NCBI GenBank assembly: GCA_050633245.1
Contig: JBOEGD010000025.1
Coordinates: 1 to 42,106 of the forward strand
Length of the DNA stretch: 42,106 nucleotides
DNA from: Calditrichia bacterium
Lineage (GTDB): Bacteria; Calditrichota; Calditrichia; RBG-13-44-9; J075
Direction: 5' to 3'
The notes under the pieces are model-generated. The model worked only from the letters and a program-made list of their open reading frames with translations, had not been told where the DNA came from and ran no database searches. Of the stretch, positions 28,319 through 35,884 are shown in pieces. The position numbers were made by a program, and so were the translations under genes. Position 1 is the stretch's first letter, and every line of letters begins with the position of its first letter.

Positions 28319-28495
28319 TTAAAAAAACCATTTTTTATGTTCTGTCGAATAAAATGGAAGTTCAGATGATAGCCCTTTTTTACTTCTCCTTACCATCCTT
28401 CGCCATGCTCTCTCGTTCCACTTTTCACCGACTATGGATTTTATTTGTTTTTTAGTGAACCCCTCTTTCCCCAAGGATTTTATTGCTTCTTCCAT
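28319..28495 (-). CDS. Small basic cassette protein (58 aa, MEEAIKSLGK...)
   Basis: Translated by eye; bounded by junction sites at 28301 and 28498. Confidence 0.55.
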   Translation of the reverse strand: MEEAIKSLGKEGFTKKQIKSIVGEKWNERAWRRMVRRSKKGLSSELPFYSTEHKKWFF

Positions 28496-28515
28496 ACCGT
28501 CTATTTTTCGAAAAG

Positions 28516-29022
28516 TTAAGAATTTTGATCGCCTAACGCTGCCACACCCGAATCCATCACGCCATTAACAACAACCATTGACGGAGCATAACCAGATTTT
28601 ATTGTCGCTAACCATTGGTCATAACTTGCGGTCATTCCTGCAAAAGCTGAAGCGTTGTTATCAACCAACCATTGCGCCAACTCTTCAGATGATTTCATTG
28701 GGGGGCTAATTGGTGATCCCTCAGAAGTATTTTCATACATTTGAAAGTGAGTCCTTTCGGATTCATCCCAATCGGGCATATAATCTTCTTTTTCCGGCCT
28801 TGCACCTTCCCACTCTTCCCATGAGTCGCCCCTGTATTCATTTTCTATTTCTATAATTCCGGCACCATATTTATTGCGCTTCCCCTTTAACCAAAGCGCC
28901 TTTCCTTCTTCCCATTCCTGAAGCCGATCACTAAAGCTGCCGCCAAGTAATGGCTGGTATCTTCCATTGTCTCTTTTTGGATGCTCCCAATTAGCGGGAA
29001 CCATTCTTAGTTCTCTTCCCAT
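28516..29022 (-). CDS. Phage hypothetical protein (Trp-rich)
   Basis: 168 aa; MGRELRMVP.NW.HP and QMYENTSEGSPISP motifs. Confidence 0.75.
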   Translation of the reverse strand: MGRELRMVPANWEHPKRDNGRYQPLLGGSFSDRLQEWEEGKALWLKGKRNKYGAGIIEIENEYRGDSWEEWEGARPEKEDYMPDWDESERTHFQMYENTSEGSPISPPMKSSEELAQWLVDNNASAFAGMTASYDQWLATIKSGYAPSMVVVNGVMDSGVAALGDQNS

Positions 29023-29041
29023 GATTTAAAATTTTGGTCGT

Positions 29042-29125
29042 TTATTTTGGTTCTTTATAGTCGCCAGCGTCATCTAACGCCTTTGCGATTAAATAAGCTA
29101 TTCCAATTGTTATTGCTCCAAGCAT
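29042..29125 (-). CDS. Micro-protein (27 aa, single hydrophobic helix)
   Basis: MLGAITIGIAYLIAKALDDAGDYKEPK fills the unit between two junction sites. Confidence 0.45.
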   Translation of the reverse strand: MLGAITIGIAYLIAKALDDAGDYKEPK

Positions 29126-29144
29126 TACTTTATGATTTTGGTCC

Positions 29145-29399
29145 TTATTGCGAAACCTCAAAGGCTTCTGGTTTTTTAAATAAAACATCTTTGTTCTGCT
29201 CTATAAAAAAAGCAACCGACGACTTGTCTTTACCTTCCATGCATTTCGGACATATGTCCAAAATCCTGCGACCCAAACGGAAAGAGTACCAACCTAAAAC
29301 ACTTAAGACAAGATGCCTACTTTGACGTATAGAATGCGCAGGGGATGCAACTTGAACTTTACTACACCAGTCACATTTTACCGCTTTGAAATATGCCAT
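29145..29399 (-). CDS. Zinc-finger-like cassette protein
   Basis: 84 aa; CDWC ... GW ... CPKC. Confidence 0.65.
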   Translation of the reverse strand: MAYFKAVKCDWCSKVQVASPAHSIRQSRHLVLSVLGWYSFRLGRRILDICPKCMEGKDKSSVAFFIEQNKDVLFKKPEAFEVSQ

Positions 29400-29426
29400 A
29401 ATTATTGTCGAATTTTCGAAAGTGAA

Positions 29427-29780
29427 TTAATGTTGATTATGGATGTATGCTTCTGTCGGGTCTTCATATAATTCTGAGCTTAATTTGCTAGTAAGTTGTG
29501 ACCAAACAAGACTTAACACGAAAACAAGATGTTGTTCCTGTTCTTCGCTTTTCAATCCAACATTCAATGCTATAGATTCAGGAGTCCTTTCAACAAGGAA
29601 TGACTTAAGTCGAGGCCAACAAGCATCAAAATATCGATGAGCTACTACCTTGTGAGTGGCAATAACAAGTCGGCCCTCATTTCGGGCTGTTTCCTCAATG
29701 TATATATTTACAAATCCGTGCCCATCCTGCACGGTGAATCTATATAGGTCGACTTTTCTAGTTTCAAGATTAAATTCCAT
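29427..29780 (-). CDS. Hypothetical cassette protein
   Basis: 117 aa, bounded by junction sites. Confidence 0.6.
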   Translation of the reverse strand: MEFNLETRKVDLYRFTVQDGHGFVNIYIEETARNEGRLVIATHKVVAHRYFDACWPRLKSFLVERTPESIALNVGLKSEEQEQHLVFVLSLVWSQLTSKLSSELYEDPTEAYIHNQH

Positions 29781-29812
29781 CTCTTTATTTTTTGGTCGTT
29801 ATTTTGGTGTTA

Positions 29813-29881
29813 AAAAATAGCCCCGTTAGCATATTTATACCGCCTCGCATTAGTGGGGCCAAACTCTCGCTTTGGCGGTGC
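29813..29881 (-). ncRNA. SAM-II-like H-type pseudoknot followed by a U-tract
   Basis: P1 ACCGCC/GGCGGT, P2 GGCCCC/GGGGCT, linker ATAAAT-AT-GCTAA. Confidence 0.35.
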
Positions 29882-29886
29882 TTTAG

Positions 29887-30051
29887 TTAGTAGTTAACAT
29901 TTCGGTTCTTATACCTCTCGACTAAAACTATAATCAAGAAGGCAAGAAAAGTAAACGGCGCAATCATTGGGAAAGGTGTTCTTGATTCTCCACTAAGGAA
30001 GGCCCACCCAAAGACTGATCCAGCCGTTAGTATTAATAGGAAATCCTTCAT
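29887..30051 (-). CDS. Small two-TM membrane protein (54 aa, MKDFLLILTAG...)
   Basis: Translated by eye; two hydrophobic segments. Confidence 0.55.
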   Translation of the reverse strand: MKDFLLILTAGSVFGWAFLSGESRTPFPMIAPFTFLAFLIIVLVERYKNRNVNY

Positions 30052-30062
30052 TGATCGGTCGT

Positions 30063-30503
30063 TTATTTGAGGTGTTTAAGAAATTGAAAAAACAATTCTA
30101 ATTCTGGATTTCTAAAGGCGTGAGTAAGGAATGTTTTAGGTTCTGAATAGTGATAGTGATTTAACTCTATATGCCTCTTAATTGCTTTCTCGCTAAAGAA
30201 TGCGTTTTTATAGACGTATTCATCCTTGTAATAGACCTTATGGAATTTATCTTCATCGAAGTCCTCTTCCACTGCATCTGGGTGGTAGGTTTCTTCACCA
30301 TCATGATTACTTACCCAAATAAAAAGGTCTGCATAATCATCATCCATTCCGTATATTCTTTTTTTCTCCATAATTTGGAAAAAATAAGGGGGTGCGGTTG
30401 CCCTATTATCTTGGGTTTCTACTTCCTTAGCAATAGTCTTGAGTTTTTCATAAACATCAATTGGTAATTCTATTGATACTGTTTTGACCAATGTATCTTC
30501 CAT
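30063..30503 (-). CDS. Phage hypothetical protein
   Basis: 146 aa; TQDNRATA.P.F and HIELNHYHY.EP motifs. Confidence 0.7.
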   Translation of the reverse strand: MEDTLVKTVSIELPIDVYEKLKTIAKEVETQDNRATAPPYFFQIMEKKRIYGMDDDYADLFIWVSNHDGEETYHPDAVEEDFDEDKFHKVYYKDEYVYKNAFFSEKAIKRHIELNHYHYSEPKTFLTHAFRNPELELFFQFLKHLK

Positions 30504-30551
30504 AATAAGAGTGGTATTTTTGAAAAGTTAAGAACAATAATCCGTACATAC

Positions 30552-30614
30552 ACCTAACAACAGCTATATGTCCATATTCCTATCGTCATACGGCACATAG
30601 CCAAACCATTAGGC
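30552..30614 (-). other. Integron attC-like site
   Basis: Minus strand GCCTAAT-ggtttggctatgtgccgtat...atatggacatatagctgtt-GTTAGGT: a 63-bp imperfect palindrome just after a stop codon, ending in GTTRRRY. Confidence 0.6.
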
Positions 30615-30621
30615 ACAATAA

Positions 30622-30884
30622 TTAAAGATACAGATGCGCCAGAATAACCAATGAAAACAAGCCTAATACTACAATCCACACGGGCAAAGCAATAAATAAT
30701 ACCTCAAAAAAAGTAATAGGCTCTGTATATGCGTTTTCATTTTCAAAATTAGAATTGTAGTATTTAGCCGCCCCTATTGAGCGGGCAAAACTCATGCGCA
30801 TAATGTCTCCCGCAAGAATTTTTCTTCTGAAATCAAATACAACAAAGTCAGTTCCTAAAAATCTAGTTATGGTAAATAGTTTCA
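30622..30884 (-). CDS. Hypothetical protein with a C-terminal TM helix
   Basis: Likely start MKLFT, overlapping the upstream stop (ATGA); start coordinate approximate. Confidence 0.55.
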
Positions 30885-31190
30885 TGTTGATGATTTTGGG
30901 TTGCAATCAATTTCTATACTATCCAAATATTCTTTGATTTTTAGGCTACGTTGAAGTGTGGGGTTGTTATCCTGTTGCCCATCATCAAAGGAAACTTCTA
31001 CACCCTCACTACTCCACCAAGAAAAGTAAAACACATGTATGCTTGTGCTTGAATCCAACCTATAAGCATCAGGAAGGACGGGGTGCGGTTCAGACATGAT
31101 CCATTTTCTTCTTTTGGTAAAAGATATTGGACTTACTATTTTTGCAATATGCTCGAACTCTTCCTTTGTTATTGTTCTTGGATACCTCAT
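30882..31190 (-). CDS. Hypothetical cassette protein
   Basis: Likely start MRYPRT at 31190, right after the junction site at 31196. Confidence 0.6.
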   Translation of the reverse strand: MRYPRTITKEEFEHIAKIVSPISFTKRRKWIMSEPHPVLPDAYRLDSSTSIHVFYFSWWSSEGVEVSFDDGQQDNNPTLQRSLKIKEYLDSIEIDCNPKSST

Positions 31191-31209
31191 TGATCGGTCC
31201 TTTTTTTTA

Positions 31210-31788
31210 CTACTCCCACCCAAGGCGAGTAGCTGTGTTTTTAAATATGCTGCAAATCTGTTCGCTGATTTCAAACCGATCTTTGTTTATTTCAATTGAT
31301 TTGTAAATATTTCCATCAGCATGGCGTTCAGTTGCCGCTTTCCAATCAAAAAACATTTCTATTAGATCAAATAAGTCAAATCCATTTATTCCGTTCTCGT
31401 AATGCTCAGGGTGATGACTATTATTTGCGTAATGATGATCAGTAGCAACCTTTAACTGCCTGAAGTATTTATTATACTCTTCACTTCCATAACTTAACCC
31501 TTTTAGCTTTGGTGTGAATTCATCAAATAGCTCCTTTTCTGGGCTTTCTAACTTAGAGTCATCATGACAATTAGCCCGTTTAATTAATTCACTAGAGGCA
31601 TTCGTGAGAAGCTCCGAGACTCGCCTGATGTGTTTTAGGGTGTCTGCTTCACTATCATATACTGTTGCCCCGATTTTCCTAGCTGTAAATGCTAAATTTT
31701 GCAAATATGTCTCTTCTGAAATGCCCCCCATTTTATAATCTAAAGACATTGAAATCAACATTTCTGCGTATTGTTTAATATCACTCAT
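31210..31788 (-). CDS. HD-domain phosphohydrolase-like protein (DUF5662-like)
   Basis: H...HDDSK, HHY..NSHHPEHY and EMFFDW motifs. Confidence 0.75.
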   Translation of the reverse strand: MSDIKQYAEMLISMSLDYKMGGISEETYLQNLAFTARKIGATVYDSEADTLKHIRRVSELLTNASSELIKRANCHDDSKLESPEKELFDEFTPKLKGLSYGSEEYNKYFRQLKVATDHHYANNSHHPEHYENGINGFDLFDLIEMFFDWKAATERHADGNIYKSIEINKDRFEISEQICSIFKNTATRLGWE

Positions 31789-31800
31789 TTGGTGGTTTCT

Positions 31801-31968
31801 TTACTCCTCATCGGTGAGGAGTGAATTATAAAATATACACCATCCACATTCAAAGCACATGCGTTCCTCACCTTCATGCCATTTTTCTTTCATTGGGCAA
31901 TCAGTTTCGAAGTTCCAGTCTGAGCAAGGAAAATCTTCATCGTCGTGAACTTCGATTAGCGTTGGCAT
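31801..31968 (-). CDS. Small acidic Cys-rich protein (55 aa, MPTLIEVHDD...)
   Basis: Translated by eye; bounded by junction sites. Confidence 0.55.
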   Translation of the reverse strand: MPTLIEVHDDEDFPCSDWNFETDCPMKEKWHEGEERMCFECGWCIFYNSLLTDEE

Positions 31969-32007
31969 GGGAATGGTCGTTATTGCGAAGCCTCGGAGGC
32001 TTCCGGT

Positions 32008-32214
32008 TTAGTAGTGAATTCTGGTTACTAAGAATTTTTCTGTGCAATTCTCGCACTCCAACTCTGCTTTGCAAGAATCTGTACTTAATGAGTATCTGTC
32101 AAAATACTCTTTTAACTCTTCTATTCGGTCTTGAGCAGAAGAGCAGTGAGGGCACTCAACCCAGACATTTAGATGCGTTTCTGCTGTTGTCTTTTTTATG
32201 GTTTCAGTTGCCAT
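32008..32214 (-). CDS. Zinc-ribbon protein
   Basis: 68 aa; CPHC ... CENC. Confidence 0.65.
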   Translation of the reverse strand: MATETIKKTTAETHLNVWVECPHCSSAQDRIEELKEYFDRYSLSTDSCKAELECENCTEKFLVTRIHY

Positions 32215-32222
32215 GATTTTGG

Positions 32223-32450
32223 TCAGTTTTGCGAAACTTCCGCTTCGGTGTTTTGAATTATTTCTAATATCTCAGATAGATACAACTGAAGGGCTTCTAA
32301 TTCTAAGGGTTGCAACGGTAATTCATGGCCAAACTCTTTAATGTCAGTCCAATGGGTTGGACTATTTATATCGTTAGTTTTCATCCAAAACTCAACCTGT
32401 TGTTTGACATATTTTAAAACCCTTAGCTGTGTTGTTGTGGGTTGTGGCAT
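32223..32450 (-). CDS. Hypothetical cassette protein
   Basis: 75 aa, bounded by junction sites. Confidence 0.6.
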   Translation of the reverse strand: MPQPTTTQLRVLKYVKQQVEFWMKTNDINSPTHWTDIKEFGHELPLQPLELEALQLYLSEILEIIQNTEAEVSQN

Positions 32451-32491
32451 GATTTGGTCAATTTTTCGAAATGATTAAATATGTAATACAC

Positions 32492-32671
32492 TTAGGAAGA
32501 AGGAAGAGACTTAAGCAAAACTGGGTCAATCTCATTTAGCAAGTCTGAAAGAGCCGCATGTTTCCCCTTGTCGTACCCCTCTCTAAATGTTGGCTTGTCA
32601 AAGTCGTGTAAATTTTTTCTCAACTTTTTTATCCTAGTAACTAGGTATTTCTTGATTTCTGAATCACTCAT
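32492..32671 (-). CDS. Small cassette protein (59 aa, MSDSEIKKYL...)
   Basis: Translated by eye; contains an EGYDKG motif. Confidence 0.55.
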   Translation of the reverse strand: MSDSEIKKYLVTRIKKLRKNLHDFDKPTFREGYDKGKHAALSDLLNEIDPVLLKSLPSS

Positions 32672-32695
32672 AATTACTGTCGTTTTTATGATTGA

Positions 32696-33043
32696 TTAAA
32701 ATGGTAAGTACACAAATTCAATGCGGGTACATAAATCGGTGGGCTTACATTTATTAGCCTTGCAATACAGTTGTATAAATTGATCGGTAGTCCAATCTGG
32801 AAAACCTTCTCTTACTACATCCTCTTTTGTAATTGCACTAATAGGCTCTCTGCTTACAGCCTTTACATGAAGCACATCTCGGCCTATCACCTTCTGCTTT
32901 TCTCCTTTCTTCAGCCCCATGCACTTTTCAACAGGTCGAATGCTGTCGAACTCCTTCAAGAATAGCCATCCTTTTCGGCGGGTTACAGTTTTAGTCTGGT
33001 TTAATATTTGGTTGGTTGTTAGAGCAAATGACATCCGTCTCAT
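32696..33043 (-). CDS. ASCH-domain protein
   Basis: MSF..T...ILNQTKTVTRR, ITKEDVVREGF and RIEF motifs. Confidence 0.75.
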   Translation of the reverse strand: MRRMSFALTTNQILNQTKTVTRRKGWLFLKEFDSIRPVEKCMGLKKGEKQKVIGRDVLHVKAVSREPISAITKEDVVREGFPDWTTDQFIQLYCKANKCKPTDLCTRIEFVYLPF

Positions 33044-33088
33044 GATCTATATTTTTTTTGATTTAATAATCTTCCTCCAATTCTTCCT

Positions 33089-33331
33089 CTAGTTTTGTTC
33101 ATCACATTCCTCTTCCATCGCTTCCTCTTCTAATTCCTCGGCCAATTCTCGTTTTTCCTGCCAAGACAATTGACTGGCTAACATGTTTACCAATGAAGGA
33201 TAATCCTCTTTGTCTACTTCAAGAAATAGATTTCCCTCTTTATGATTAAACTCAATGATTCTTTGACCTGCTGGAATTCTCATTGTTGATACTGATCGGC
33301 GGGTTGCCGTAGATATATTTAATCTTTCCAT
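33089..33331 (-). CDS. Hypothetical acidic protein
   Basis: 80 aa; first gene after the recombinase. Confidence 0.6.
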   Translation of the reverse strand: MERLNISTATRRSVSTMRIPAGQRIIEFNHKEGNLFLEVDKEDYPSLVNMLASQLSWQEKRELAEELEEEAMEEECDEQN

Positions 33332-33441
33332 GATTTTCGATTTAACGACCAGTTAGTTTATTACCTCTGAATTTCGAATAAATATACCAACCGGCCTATG
33401 ATGTTTCGTTAAAATATTTTAATAAATGATTTCACTTTACC

Positions 33442-34038
33442 TTATGTCGGAGCCTTTATTTGGTGTTCATTTGTCGACCATTTAAGGTATTTGTAGAAAG
33501 TGCTGGTAGACTTCACATCTAAGGCTTTCATGATTTCTCTAACAGACATTGCATCTGATGAATGAAGCTTAAAAATAGCGCGGGCCTTTTTCTTTGCTTC
33601 ATCACTTAATCCTTTTGGCCTACCCCCTATTCGCCCTTTTTTTCTTGCTTCTGCTAATCCCGCTTTAGTCCGTTCAGATATTAAATCTCTTTCTAGTTGG
33701 GCAAATGCGGCGATGATAGTGTAAAACATTCGACTCATTGCAGAATCATTGATGGTTAATCCATCTGTTATACTGTGGAAGCTAATTCCTTCTTTCAGCC
33801 AAAACTCCATTAAGTCAATTAGCTGTTTTACGGAACGACCTAACCTATCTAGCTTCCATACTATCACTGTGTCGCCTTCTCTTAAATGCATTATCATGCT
33901 ATCAAACTCCTTTCTTTGTTTTGCTACTCCAGAAACTTTCTCTTGAAATATTCGTGTGCAACCGAAGTTGTTTAATGCTTCAATTTGGAGGTCAAGGTTT
34001 TGATCCTCTGTTGAAACCCTTGCATAGCCTATTTTCAT
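33442..34038 (-). CDS. Small serine recombinase (resolvase/invertase family) with C-terminal HTH
   Basis: GYARVST.DQ (catalytic Ser), VWKLDRLGRS, ER.LISERTKAGL, GRIGGRP and a C-terminal HTH. Confidence 0.95.
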   Translation of the reverse strand: MKIGYARVSTEDQNLDLQIEALNNFGCTRIFQEKVSGVAKQRKEFDSMIMHLREGDTVIVWKLDRLGRSVKQLIDLMEFWLKEGISFHSITDGLTINDSAMSRMFYTIIAAFAQLERDLISERTKAGLAEARKKGRIGGRPKGLSDEAKKKARAIFKLHSSDAMSVREIMKALDVKSTSTFYKYLKWSTNEHQIKAPT

Positions 34039-34096
34039 CTCGCCTATTTTTATTAAGAAATAGGCTTAGTTGCTTTTGGATTTAAAGAAGAGGAAT

Positions 34097-34228
34097 TTAT
34101 TTCAAATCCCGACAATCCCCACACTTCAACGTAAATTCTTCAGGCAATTCATCTACCTGATTCACTTGCTTTGGAGTAGCACAGCTAAACATTGTAGCCG
34201 TGATAAGTATTGCTAAAATCCGTTTCAT
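34097..34228 (-). CDS. Small lipoprotein (43 aa, MKRILAILITATMFSC...)
   Basis: Translated by eye; signal peptide ending in FS|C. Confidence 0.5.
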   Translation of the reverse strand: MKRILAILITATMFSCATPKQVNQVDELPEEFTLKCGDCRDLK

Positions 34229-34253
34229 ATTATTTTTAAGTTGTGAATAGTCA

Positions 34254-34281
34254 AAAAAAGCCCAGGCCCAGAGCGGCCTGG
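34254..34281 (-). terminator. Intrinsic terminator after the replication gene
   Basis: CCCAGGCC/GGCCTGGG stem plus T7 on the minus strand. Confidence 0.7.
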
Positions 34282-34378
34282 GAATAACTCATAATCTCGA
34301 AAAAACATAGTCAATTGTAATCTTAATCTTGACGAACGATATAGTATAGTCCTACTACAGTTATTATTTTCCAAATCA

Positions 34379-35845
34379 TTATTCGGGGTGTTTTCTTTCG
34401 TACTTTGATCGGCCTAGTTGCTGGAATAGATCTACCTTTGCATTGCGTAGATACCTGTAAACTGTGCTTGAGCTCATATTACACTCTTTGCCGACCTTAA
34501 GCGCCATGTCTGTCGTGATGACCTCCTCCATGGGTAGCGTAATGTACCAAATCTTATGCTTGTCGGGTAGTTGCTCCACTGGCGATTGTAGGCGATTGAC
34601 TACTCGTAAGGCTGTTGTTTTAAAGTAGTTTACGACCTCAATGGCGCGGAACACTGACAACTCGCCGATTTCCCATTTCTCGACATCTTCGGGGAGGATC
34701 TCCTCTTTGTTGGATGGCCAATCTATCGCCCTTTGCATGATTTCCATAATCAAGGCGAATCTAAGGCAATAGGAATCAAACTTACCTAGCATTCCGTCTA
34801 TAACTTCATCTTCGGCGGCGTTGATCTCATCTACATTCTTATTGTAGAATTTTACATACACATCCTCGGCGGCCTTGCTTAGCTTCAAGGGGATGCTGGT
34901 TACATTCCAACTTCCTAGCTCGTCCCCTGGTTCTATAAACTCATTGGGTAGGCTGTCAATCCAATTGACTACATACTCCCACCATTGCAAATCATTGGGG
35001 TCGGGACGAGTCTTGGAGTAATACTTCTTTTTTACATTTTCAGGGTAAGCGAATAAAAGGCGGGCGAGGAACCCATCCACTTCTTTACCATCATCGACTA
35101 GCTTTTTTATCACAGCGGGTTGAATTGTTCCAATCACGCTACAAGATGGCTTTTCGACAAACGTCACGCCTCGCCCTACCCTATTCACCTTGACCAAACT
35201 ATTAGACCAGTTTTCCAAATAAAAACTCTCATCACCACCTTTACCGCCGTTGTACTTGTTCATCGATTGCACCCAGCCTTTTAGCTCATCTCTATAAAGT
35301 AATATGCCGCGAGGGTTTGCTTCCATAATACGGACTATTTCCTCGGTGGTGGCATCATTAATGAGAATTTGCTGCATACTCGGTGCATCTTCCTCGAGTC
35401 CTTCCTCTAGCACTTGCTTGTGTGCTCTCATTTTATCCTCATGCTCTCGGCGGTATCTCTTCTCAATCTCAAATAATGGGCGCAACATCATTTTAACTGC
35501 TGGCGTTTTACCGATTGACGGCTTACCCACGATAACGGAGTACAATATCGGGGCATGCTTCCCTCCTCTCGGCTCATCGACTACATAGGCATTACCCAGC
35601 AAAGACCCTGCGACGGTCAAAACAGTAGTTCCAAAATACTCGGCGGGCATACCATAGCACTTACTAAAACTCATAATCATAGAGCCAATCCTTTCTGGAA
35701 AAGCCTGTATAGGAAATTTTACTACTGTTCTAAGTTCGTACTTATCAATGCGAGTCTTGGCCTCTCTTAGCAACTTTTCTACATTGAAAGTTGCCTTCTC
35801 TGTCATCGTGTCGATGTCTTTTAAAATCGCCTGTGATTTAGTCAT
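34379..35845 (-). CDS. DUF3987 (YfjI-like) P-loop ATPase, putative replication helicase/initiator, with C-terminal wHTH
   Basis: FP...FP, GKPSIGKTP, DATTE, RDEL, GTIQP and DGFLARLL motifs. Confidence 0.82.
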   Translation of the reverse strand: MTKSQAILKDIDTMTEKATFNVEKLLREAKTRIDKYELRTVVKFPIQAFPERIGSMIMSFSKCYGMPAEYFGTTVLTVAGSLLGNAYVVDEPRGGKHAPILYSVIVGKPSIGKTPAVKMMLRPLFEIEKRYRREHEDKMRAHKQVLEEGLEEDAPSMQQILINDATTEEIVRIMEANPRGILLYRDELKGWVQSMNKYNGGKGGDESFYLENWSNSLVKVNRVGRGVTFVEKPSCSVIGTIQPAVIKKLVDDGKEVDGFLARLLFAYPENVKKKYYSKTRPDPNDLQWWEYVVNWIDSLPNEFIEPGDELGSWNVTSIPLKLSKAAEDVYVKFYNKNVDEINAAEDEVIDGMLGKFDSYCLRFALIMEIMQRAIDWPSNKEEILPEDVEKWEIGELSVFRAIEVVNYFKTTALRVVNRLQSPVEQLPDKHKIWYITLPMEEVITTDMALKVGKECNMSSSTVYRYLRNAKVDLFQQLGRSKYERKHPE

Positions 35846-35884
35846 TATCCCCTTTATTTATTCGTGGTTATAGTCTATCTAAAA

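Larger units (their letters stand above)
26432..33350. repeat. About 20 copies of a degenerate 16-bp junction site (plus strand nGT(C/G)nnnnnnTCGAAA) delimiting small gene units
   Basis: Strongest copies: 26725, 27075, 27646, 28301, 28498, 29140, 29406, 31975, 32221, 32456. Weaker copies: 26432, 27357, 27930, 29036, 29794, 30057, 30510, 31196, 31791, 32678. One inverted copy at 33335. Confidence 0.85.

Noticed and set aside
26725-32693. Junction repeats as a CRISPR array or as classical attC sites
   Set aside because: The repeats are 16 bp and degenerate, separated by whole genes, and lack the long palindrome and GTTRRRY ends of attC.
33044-33059. Junction site before the ASCH gene (GATCTATATTTTTTTT)
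   Set aside because: The central dinucleotide differs and the arm is poor; not counted, though it could be a decayed site.
33442-34038. Tail-fibre invertase (Gin/Cin-type) or Tn3 transposon resolvase
   Set aside because: There are no adjacent inverted tail-fibre segments and no transposase or terminal inverted repeats; the neighbouring genes are all co-oriented.
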